From: Alphaproteobacteria bacterium
GTDB taxonomy: Bacteria > Pseudomonadota > Alphaproteobacteria > JBMOFM01
Assembly: GCA_049318825.1 (NCBI GenBank)
Contig: JBMOFM010000013.1
Span: forward strand, 21,847-85,846
Length of the DNA: 64,000 bases
Reading direction: 5' to 3'
Part shown: piece by piece, positions 18,142-25,514 of the stretch
Layout: each line of letters begins with the position of its first letter
Position numbering within the stretch: the first letter of the stretch is position 1
Made by a program: the position numbers and the translations under genes
Notes under the pieces: generated by a model
Seen by the model: only the letters and a program-made list of their open reading frames with translations
Told to the model about the DNA's origin: nothing
Database searches by the model: none

Positions 18142-20475
18142 ATGTCTTTGCCATCCGCTTTGCCTAGCCATCATGCTGCCGCTATGAGTAATATGTCTCA
18201 ACAACAATCATGGTTGCGTGGCCTTAATGCCCCACAGCGGGCAGCCGTAGAGCATGGTGAAGGCCCATTATTAGTATTGGCTGGTGCTGGTACGGGTAAA
18301 ACTAGGGTGCTCACCAGCCGTATTGCTTTTTTGATGAATAGAGACCGGCTCTATGATAATCAATGGCTAGCGGTTACCTTTACCAATAAAGCCGCACAGG
18401 AAATGAAACACCGCTTAGCAAATATGTTACAGCGACCCGTGGAAGGAAGTTGGCTTGGCACCTTTCACTCTTTATCGTTGCGCATGTTGCGCCGTCATGG
18501 TGAAGCGGTTGGACTGCATAGTGATTTTACGATTTTGGATGCTGATGACCAATTGCGCCTGATCCGTCAGATTTTGCAGGCGGCCAATATCGATGAAAAG
18601 AAAACCCCGCCGCGCATGGTGATGGCGATTATTAGCCGGTGGAAGGATAAGGGCTTATTACCAGAACAAGTGCAAGAGCATGATAAAATCATGGTGCGGC
18701 TCTATCAGCATTATCAGCAGCGTTTAGCGCAGCTTAATGCGTGTGATTTTGGCGATTTGATGCTGCATGGTGTTAATTTACTAGCGCAAAACCCAGAAAT
18801 TTTACAGCGTTACGGCGAAAATTTCCGCTATATTCTGGTGGATGAGTATCAAGATACCAATGCCGTGCAATATCGCTGGTTATCGCTATTGGCTTCCAAC
18901 CACCATAATATTTGCTGCGTGGGGGATGATGACCAATCTATCTACGGTTGGCGCGGGGCTGAAATTGAAAATATTTTACGGTTTGAAAAAGATTTTCCGG
19001 GCGCAGTAACCATTCGTTTGGAACAAAATTACCGTTCTAGCCAGCATATATTATCAGCAGCGGGTGGTTTAATTGCCCATAATCAAGGCCGTTTGGGGAA
19101 AACCTTATGGACAGAAGATCCCCATGGTGTGCCCGTACAGTTACAAATAACCAGCGATAGCACCGAAGAAGCCCGTTTTGTGGGCGATGAAATTGAAAAA
19201 TTAGAAAAGCAAGGGGTTAGCCTCAATCACATTGCCGTATTGGTGCGGGCGGGCTACCAAATGCGGGAATTTGAGGAACGCTTCATTCATATTGGTTTGC
19301 CTTATAGGGTGATTGGTGGCCCACGCTTTTATGAACGGCAAGAAATTAAAGATGCGTTGGGGTATCTCCGCCTTATTCGCAATAAGGCGGATGATATTTC
19401 TTTCGAGCGGGTGATTAACGTGCCGCGCCGTGGTATTGGTGCAACAACCTTGCAACAATTGCATATGGTGGCCAGAGAGCGGGGCATCAGCCTTTATGAT
19501 GCTGCGGCTTCAATGTGTGAAGAAGGAACCATTGGCACAAGGGCAGGTAAACCAATTCGCCAGTTTTTACAGCAATTAGAGATGTGGCGGCAGAAATCGG
19601 CCAACTTATCCTTAAAAGATTTGCTGCAGATGGTGCTGGATGAATCGGGATACACTGCCATGTGGCAGCAGGAAAAAACGCCAGAGGCTGAGGGCAGGTT
19701 AGAAAATTTGAAAGAAATGAGTGCCTTTATGGCTGATTTTCCGAGCTTAACTGATTTTCTGGAGCATGTGGCCTTGGTAAGTGAGGTAGAAAAAGGCGAT
19801 CAAACGCGCGCTCAGGTGAGTATTATGAGTTTGCATGGGGCTAAAGGCTTGGAATTTGACGCGGTGTTTCTACCGGGGTGGGAAGAGGGGGTATTTCCCA
19901 GCCAGAAAAGTTTGGATGAAAATGGCCTGAAAGGCGTAGAAGAAGAGCGGCGCTTGGCGTATGTGGGGCTTACCCGTGCCAAAAAACTGGCCTATGTGAG
20001 CATGGCGCGGCGGCGGCGTACCTATGGCTATTGGGGCGATTCTATTCCCTCACGTTTTGTGATGGAATTGCCTGAAAAACATATAGAACGCCGTAAGGAA
20101 ATAACTGCCTCTTATGGCAGTGGGTTTTCTTCGGGTTTCTGGCAAAATGATAAAATTGATGATGATTATGAAGAAGGGGCAAAAATTTATACCCCTTCTA
20201 ACGCCCCCAATCCCTTTATGAGTGGGAATAGTGGCAGTAGTTGGCAAAAATCCCCGCCGCGGCCATTGCGCTCTTCGGCGCGGGCGGTGGATGTGGAGCC
20301 GCGCCCAACCCCTGCTGCAGTGCGTCCGCAAACTTCCATGCGCTTGGGCGAGCGGGTGTTTCATGAAAAATATGGTTATGGCGTGGTTGTGGTGCTGGAT
20401 AAGGATAAGGCCGAAATAGATTTTGGTGATAGCGGCGTTAAAAAAATTATGTTGGGCTATTTGAAGAAGGGTTGA
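18142..20475 (+). CDS. uvrD: ATP-dependent DNA helicase UvrD (DNA helicase II)
   Basis: 777 aa; SF1 helicase motifs (AGAGTGKT Walker A, DEYQDTN, VGDDDQSIYGWRGA, LEQNYRSS, etc.) and UvrD C-terminal domain (GERVFHEKYGYGVV). Confidence 0.9.
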   Translation: MSLPSALPSHHAAAMSNMSQQQSWLRGLNAPQRAAVEHGEGPLLVLAGAGTGKTRVLTSRIAFLMNRDRLYDNQWLAVTFTNKAAQEMKHRLANMLQRPVEGSWLGTFHSLSLRMLRRHGEAVGLHSDFTILDADDQLRLIRQILQAANIDEKKTPPRMVMAIISRWKDKGLLPEQVQEHDKIMVRLYQHYQQRLAQLNACDFGDLMLHGVNLLAQNPEILQRYGENFRYILVDEYQDTNAVQYRWLSLLASNHHNICCVGDDDQSIYGWRGAEIENILRFEKDFPGAVTIRLEQNYRSSQHILSAAGGLIAHNQGRLGKTLWTEDPHGVPVQLQITSDSTEEARFVGDEIEKLEKQGVSLNHIAVLVRAGYQMREFEERFIHIGLPYRVIGGPRFYERQEIKDALGYLRLIRNKADDISFERVINVPRRGIGATTLQQLHMVARERGISLYDAAASMCEEGTIGTRAGKPIRQFLQQLEMWRQKSANLSLKDLLQMVLDESGYTAMWQQEKTPEAEGRLENLKEMSAFMADFPSLTDFLEHVALVSEVEKGDQTRAQVSIMSLHGAKGLEFDAVFLPGWEEGVFPSQKSLDENGLKGVEEERRLAYVGLTRAKKLAYVSMARRRRTYGYWGDSIPSRFVMELPEKHIERRKEITASYGSGFSSGFWQNDKIDDDYEEGAKIYTPSNAPNPFMSGNSGSSWQKSPPRPLRSSARAVDVEPRPTPAAVRPQTSMRLGERVFHEKYGYGVVVVLDKDKAEIDFGDSGVKKIMLGYLKKG

Positions 20476-20488
20476 TAGCCCTCACCCT

Positions 20489-20540
20489 AAAGACAGCTTG
20501 GCTGTCTTTTTCCCCTCTCCCTTAGGGAGAGGGATTTTTT
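20489..20540 (+). terminator. tandem intrinsic terminators downstream of uvrD
   Basis: Hairpin 1: AAAGACAGC-ttg-GCTGTCTTT followed by TTTT. Hairpin 2: CCCTCTCCC-tta-GGGAGAGGG followed by ATTTTTT. Confidence 0.75.
20513..20533. repeat. palindromic repeat copy 1: CCCTCTCCC-TTA-GGGAGAGGG
   Basis: Perfect 9-bp stems; identical stems recur at 22310-22330 with an inverted loop (TAA). Confidence 0.8.
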
Positions 20541-20587
20541 GAGTTCTTTTGATTTTTATTGAGCAATCAAAGCAAAATGGATAAAAA

Positions 20588-21673
20588 ATGAGCGACGAAC
20601 AGTGGTTGAATATGCCTCACTTGCCTTCTTTAGTGATTAAAAATTTTCGCTGCCTTGAAGATTTAACCATTCAAAAGCTGGGGCATGTGAATTTAATTGT
20701 GGGCGCTAATAATTCAGGCAAAAGCACCATTTTGGAAGCTTTAAGGATTTATGCTGGAGAATTAGCAGACTTTAGGTTGTTCTTCGATTTATTATCCGCA
20801 AGAGATGAATTTATTCCCTCTCATTGGTCGGCGCAAACTCATATTGTACAATCTTACCAAGATCATCCTGCTAGGTCTTTGTTTACCAATAGAGCGATAG
20901 AAAAAAATAAAAAAATTGAAATAGGTGACATCAATAGTCTTCAGAATGGCGTGATTGTTGAAGGAGAATTTGAACATTTAGGAGAATTTTATGTTGGCTT
21001 GAAAGTTGTTTCCAAATACAATGGACTTGAAAGGTCTACGGCTGGAATTTCATTGCTTCATTTGGGCTCATATGTTGGAGATAAAAAAGCAACCTCTCCA
21101 TACAAAGATGGTTATGTTTCTTCACAATTGCCTTCAACTGATGACCAGATGGCTTTGTTTGCAGAAATAAATAGAGAATATGGCGATAATCAAATTTTAA
21201 CTGATGCCCTTAAAATCATTGAGCCGCGCATCATCAATGTTTTTTTTGATCCTATTGATCAAATATGTTTTGTAAAGCATCAAGATTTCCAGAAAACCAT
21301 CCCGCTAAAAACCTTAGGCGAAGGGATGATGCGCATATTGCAACTGGCTTTGTTTATCCCTAGAGCGCAAAAAACTGGATTTTTACTGATTGATGAATTT
21401 GAGAATGGTTTATATTGGCGTACGCAAAGCAAAATTTGGGAATTTTTATTTGAAATAGCCAAACGCTACAATATTCAAATTTTTGCGACCACTCATAGTA
21501 AAGATACCATCAACAGCTTTGCAAAAATAGCCCTTTCAAGAAAAGATATGGAAGGGGTATTGATCAGTTTGGATAGAAGTGCCGCAAAAAAGGATAATAA
21601 TAAAATCATCGCCATTGAATATGATGAGGAATCCCTAGCCAATATCATCGAAGATAATATTGAGGTGCGATAA
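20588..21673 (+). CDS. OLD-family/AAA_15-21-type ABC ATPase, ATPase subunit of a split OLD-like two-gene module (AriA/AbiLi-like)
   Basis: 361 aa; Walker A GANNSGKST near the N-terminus, ABC signature-like LGEGMMR, Walker B FLLIDEFENGL, H-loop ATTHS; AT-rich relative to flanking uvrD/prmA; 5-bp gap to the next gene. Confidence 0.8.
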   Translation: MSDEQWLNMPHLPSLVIKNFRCLEDLTIQKLGHVNLIVGANNSGKSTILEALRIYAGELADFRLFFDLLSARDEFIPSHWSAQTHIVQSYQDHPARSLFTNRAIEKNKKIEIGDINSLQNGVIVEGEFEHLGEFYVGLKVVSKYNGLERSTAGISLLHLGSYVGDKKATSPYKDGYVSSQLPSTDDQMALFAEINREYGDNQILTDALKIIEPRIINVFFDPIDQICFVKHQDFQKTIPLKTLGEGMMRILQLALFIPRAQKTGFLLIDEFENGLYWRTQSKIWEFLFEIAKRYNIQIFATTHSKDTINSFAKIALSRKDMEGVLISLDRSAAKKDNNKIIAIEYDEESLANIIEDNIEVR

Positions 21674-21678
21674 CCCTC

Positions 21679-22446
21679 ATGAGTGAAAAAATACTATTGG
21701 TAGAAGGCTTTGCAGATCAGGCATTTTTTAAAAAACTACTTGAAGGTGATGATAATCTGATTATTCACAATATTAGTGTGGAACAACAAGGTGGCAGGCA
21801 GGGTTTATTCAGCGATAAAAAACTTGCCGAACACGTTAAGAAAATTCGTGGAACAAAAATATCAGCGATTGCCATGATTGTTGATGCTGATTCAGGTGAT
21901 AACAATATGGCTGGTTTTCAGCATACAAAAAATATCCTATCTGAAAAATTACAAGAACATGACTATATTTCAGAGCCTGAATTGGTGCCTAATAGTTCGG
22001 GTTTAATATATAAACATAAAGAAGAAGGCATTATTCCTTTTGGTTTATATATTATGCCTAATAATCAAGATAATGGTGAAATGGAAGATTGGTTAGCAAA
22101 GTGCCTTACGCCAGATATTCAACCAATGCTTAAATGTGCTGAAAAAATTGTGCAGAAAGTAGCAAAAAAATTTTCCTCACCATCTTTTAAACCCAATAAG
22201 ATCAATAAAGCAAAAATTTACACCATGTTGGCTTGGTTGCGTGATCCGGGGGTAGAAAGCCATAAGCTGCTTAAAGATAACAAAATTAACCACCAAAGCC
22301 GTCTTTTTTCCCTCTCCCTAAGGGAGAGGGATTTGTCTGTTTCTAAGGTAAGGGGCAGGAATGGCCATATTGGCTGTTGCTGTAATTGCCGGCGGGAAAG
22401 GTTAGAAATTAATGCTAAAAACATGCAACAAATTAAAATGATATGA
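21679..22446 (+). CDS. TOPRIM-like partner protein (DUF4276/RloB- or AriB-like) of the split OLD-family module
   Basis: N-terminus MSEKILLVEGFADQAFF (conserved Glu) and IAMIVDADSGD (DxD) about 60 aa later form a TOPRIM signature. About 210 aa of plausible protein are followed by a tail that reads through a palindromic repeat (SLSLRERD) into low-complexity sequence (GCCCNCRRER), so the C-terminus is probably altered. Confidence 0.6.
   Translation: MSEKILLVEGFADQAFFKKLLEGDDNLIIHNISVEQQGGRQGLFSDKKLAEHVKKIRGTKISAIAMIVDADSGDNNMAGFQHTKNILSEKLQEHDYISEPELVPNSSGLIYKHKEEGIIPFGLYIMPNNQDNGEMEDWLAKCLTPDIQPMLKCAEKIVQKVAKKFSSPSFKPNKINKAKIYTMLAWLRDPGVESHKLLKDNKINHQSRLFSLSLRERDLSVSKVRGRNGHIGCCCNCRRERLEINAKNMQQIKMI
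22310..22330. repeat. palindromic repeat copy 2: CCCTCTCCC-TAA-GGGAGAGGG (inside the 3' end of the TOPRIM-like ORF)
   Basis: Same 9-bp stems as copy 1. It is preceded by TTTTTT and followed by ATTTG, whereas copy 1 has TTTTCC before and ATTTTTT after. Confidence 0.8.
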
Positions 22447-22577
22447 AAATATATTATATGTATTTTCCATGGTCAATATGTTACTTGCTTGTTATCAGCA
22501 TTGGAATAGAGCTATATAGCTAAATAGGGGGGATGCGACTGCAGCACCGCACCCATTTGGGTGCGTGAAAAAATAAC

Positions 22578-22625
22578 TATAATGGCACATAAATAAAAGA
22601 ATTCTTTTATTTATGTGCCATTATA
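22578..22625. repeat. 48-bp perfect palindrome centred on GAATTC, carrying TATAAT on both strands
   Basis: TATAATGGCACATAAATAAAAGAATTCTTTTATTTATGTGCCATTATA reads identically on both strands. It lies between the defence-like module and prmA and overlaps the ORF-track start of prmA. Confidence 0.8.
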
Positions 22626-22678
22626 AATTATTATCAGTCCTCACCACTAAAAGAACCCACTATTATTTTGAGCCATTC

Positions 22679-23638
22679 ATGACGAAGATGCCTACCTCTT
22701 TTAAGCCTTTGCAGCGTTTAATGATTAATTTGCCGGCGGGGTGTGATCCTTCCATGCTGGTGCAAGCTTTAAGTGAAGAAGCCGTGGCGGTTTCAGCCAT
22801 GGAAATTAATGCCGCTGCTCGCCCACCCATGGGTATTGAGGATGAGGAAATTGACTGGCTGAATTATCCAACCGAGATTGAAGCCCTATTCACCAAAAAA
22901 CCAGCCGATCAGTGGTTGCTGCCCTTATTATTTTTATTAGAGGCCAGCACTGGCCATGCGCCCTTGCATGTTGAATGGTTTGAATTGCCAATGACGGATT
23001 GGTTGCAACAGGTATATACGGGTTTTCCGCGCCTGAAAATTGGCCGTTTTGTGATTTATGGTTCGCATCATGCTATACCATCCATGGGCACGGGTTTGCC
23101 GTTGAAAGTGGATGCAGGCATGGCCTTTGGTTCAGGCGAACACCCCACCACCAGAGGTTGCTTAATGGCCTTAGAAAAATTGGCAAAATTTTATCGGCCG
23201 CAATCGGGTTATGATGCTGGTTGTGGCAGTGGTGTTTTGGCCATGGCTATGGTAAGGCTGTGGCATATTCCGGTATTGGGGGTGGATATTGATCCACAAT
23301 CGGCTTTGGTAACCAAAACTAATGCCCGTATTAATCAGCTTTCTCCCTTTATTAAAGCCGATGCAGGCGATGCCAGCACCAAAATGGGGCGGCAGCGTTT
23401 TGATATTATTACGGCCAATATTTTAGCCCGCCCGCTTGTTAAAATGGCACCAAAATTAGCCGCTGCCTTAAACCCTAATGGTTATATTATTGTTTCTGGC
23501 CTGTTATCCATGCAACGCGCTGCTATTTGCCATGCTTATCGCACCCAAGGCTTGCAATTGGCAGGGGAGATTGTTAATGGTGAAAATATTAATGGTGAAT
23601 GGCCAACCCTTATTTTTTGTAACACCCAATCCCGATAA
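22679..23638 (+). CDS. prmA: ribosomal protein L11 methyltransferase PrmA
   Basis: SAM-MTase motifs (VLDAGCGSGVLAMA) and PrmA motif MAFGSGEHPTTRGCL. The start at ATG 22679 (MTKMPTSF) is chosen because the track start at 22613 falls inside the palindrome. Confidence 0.8.
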   Translation: MTKMPTSFKPLQRLMINLPAGCDPSMLVQALSEEAVAVSAMEINAAARPPMGIEDEEIDWLNYPTEIEALFTKKPADQWLLPLLFLLEASTGHAPLHVEWFELPMTDWLQQVYTGFPRLKIGRFVIYGSHHAIPSMGTGLPLKVDAGMAFGSGEHPTTRGCLMALEKLAKFYRPQSGYDAGCGSGVLAMAMVRLWHIPVLGVDIDPQSALVTKTNARINQLSPFIKADAGDASTKMGRQRFDIITANILARPLVKMAPKLAAALNPNGYIIVSGLLSMQRAAICHAYRTQGLQLAGEIVNGENINGEWPTLIFCNTQSR

Positions 23639-23659
23639 AAAATGACCCCCCGATAAAAA

Positions 23660-25453
23660 ATGACCAAAGCTTCAAAAGAAACTGCTCCTCCATCGCATTT
23701 GTCCCTATTGCGGCAATGGTTGAAAAAACATAATTTTTCAGGTTTTTTTGTACCGCGCGGCGATCGCTATTTGGGTGAATATGTGCCCGCTTGCGATGAA
23801 CGCTTGCAGTGGGTGAGTGGTTTTAGTGGTTCAGCCGGCATGGCGGTAGTGGGGGGTAAAAAAGCGGCCTTGTTGGTGGATGGGCGTTATACCATTCAAG
23901 CGGCCGCTGAAGTGAATAATCAGGAATGGGATATTCTACCATGGGGCGATGATGAAGCCCTGATGGCATGGCTTAATGCTCATATAAAGGGCAGGGATGT
24001 GGGCTATGATCCGCATTTACATAGTGAGCAATGGCGCAGAAAATGGGAAAAAAAGCTGGATGTTTTAGGCTTTACTCTTACCAAAATTGAAAAAAATAAC
24101 CCGATTGATGGATTGTGGAATAATCGCCCCGCAGCCCCTTGCAGCGAGTTATATGCTTATAAAAAATCGGGTGGTTCTATTGATAATAAGCACCAGAAAC
24201 TTTTTGAAATTGTAACCCAACATAATGCAGATGCGGTGTTTTTGGCTGATCCGCATGGTGTGAATTGGCTGTTGAATATTCGCGGGCAGGATTTGGCTTA
24301 TACTCCTTTGGTGTTGTGTCAGGCCTTGGTGCGCCGCGATGAAGTGGTTTTATTGCTTGACCCTGCCCGTGTGCCCGATTCTTTGCGGTCTATATGGGGG
24401 GATCAGATTAAAATTCGCCACCCACAAGAAAAACTGCCATGGGTGATGCCGCATGAGCGAGTGTTGGTGGATGAGGCAATCACCAATGTGGCGGATATGG
24501 GCAAATTAAGCGCAGAAGCGGCACAAATTATAAAAGGTGATGATCCAACCCTTATTCTAAAAGCCAGAAAAACCGCCGTAGAATTGCGCGATGCGATCAG
24601 CGTGCATGAGCAAGATGGTTTAGCCGTGATAGAGTTTCTGTATTGGTTGAAGCAGGAGAGCGCGCGCAGAACCATTGGGGAGTTAGAGGCGGCGGCTTAT
24701 TTATTGCAATGTCGTCAGCAGCAGGCTGGGTTTGTATGCCCTAGCTTTGAAACCATCTCTGGCGCGGCTGGTAATGGGGCTATTGTGCATTATCGTGCTA
24801 CCCCTCACACTGAAAAAAATTTGCAGCAAGGCTCTCTCTATTTGGTGGATAGTGGGGGGCAATATCAAGGTGGTACTACCGATATAACGCGTACCATCGC
24901 TATTGGTGTGCCCACCCCAACCATGAAAAAGCATTATACCTTAGTGTTGAAAGGGCATTTAGCACTGGCACGGGCGGTATTTCCTAAAGGCACAAAAGGC
25001 TGGCAGATTGATATATTAGCGCGCCAATATTTATGGCGGGAGGGCTTGGATTATCAACATGGCACTGGCCATGGGGTGGGGTCTTTTCTGAGTGTGCATG
25101 AAGGGCCGGCGCGTATTTCAAAATATTATCACACCGCGGCCTTGGAGGCTGGCATGGTGCTTTCTAATGAACCCGGCTTATATATAGAAGGGCAATATGG
25201 TATCCGTATTGAAAATTTATTTTATATTGCCCCTAGCCCGCATGCCGATTATTTACAATGCAATAGTCTCACCCTTGTGCCGTATGATATAAGTTTGATC
25301 GATGTGGATTTACTAGAAAAACAAGAAATCGCCCAAATTCAGCGTTATCACCAGCGCATAGAAGAGGTGCTGGCCAGCCGCCTAGCAGCACCACAGGCGG
25401 CATGGGTACAAAATATAGTGAAGTTATGCAACCAATGGAATGCAAAACAATAA
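23660..25453 (+). CDS. Xaa-Pro aminopeptidase (M24B aminopeptidase P family, long form)
   Basis: 597 aa; M24 metal-binding motifs including HGTGHGVG and SNEPG; creatinase-like N-terminal domains. Confidence 0.8.
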   Translation: MTKASKETAPPSHLSLLRQWLKKHNFSGFFVPRGDRYLGEYVPACDERLQWVSGFSGSAGMAVVGGKKAALLVDGRYTIQAAAEVNNQEWDILPWGDDEALMAWLNAHIKGRDVGYDPHLHSEQWRRKWEKKLDVLGFTLTKIEKNNPIDGLWNNRPAAPCSELYAYKKSGGSIDNKHQKLFEIVTQHNADAVFLADPHGVNWLLNIRGQDLAYTPLVLCQALVRRDEVVLLLDPARVPDSLRSIWGDQIKIRHPQEKLPWVMPHERVLVDEAITNVADMGKLSAEAAQIIKGDDPTLILKARKTAVELRDAISVHEQDGLAVIEFLYWLKQESARRTIGELEAAAYLLQCRQQQAGFVCPSFETISGAAGNGAIVHYRATPHTEKNLQQGSLYLVDSGGQYQGGTTDITRTIAIGVPTPTMKKHYTLVLKGHLALARAVFPKGTKGWQIDILARQYLWREGLDYQHGTGHGVGSFLSVHEGPARISKYYHTAALEAGMVLSNEPGLYIEGQYGIRIENLFYIAPSPHADYLQCNSLTLVPYDISLIDVDLLEKQEIAQIQRYHQRIEEVLASRLAAPQAAWVQNIVKLCNQWNAKQ

Positions 25454-25514
25454 AACTTGAAATTTATTCTATTTACTGTAATTTGCATTGTATTTTACAA
25501 TAAATAAAATTCTT

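Noticed and set aside
18142-21673. A Gabija-like arrangement (OLD-family ATPase/TOPRIM next to a UvrD-like helicase) was considered because uvrD immediately precedes the ATPase gene.
   Set aside because: The helicase is a full-length housekeeping UvrD (777 aa with the canonical C-terminal domain). It is separated from the module by two strong terminators and has normal GC content. Its adjacency is more likely the cassette's integration site than a functional partnership. In Gabija the ATPase and TOPRIM are fused in GajA, whereas here they are split.
22613-22678. Longer prmA start (track ORF begins at 22613).
   Set aside because: The first 13 codons lie inside the 48-bp perfect palindrome and encode an implausible N-terminus (MCHYKLLSVLTT...). 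The downstream ATG at 22679 gives a typical PrmA length.
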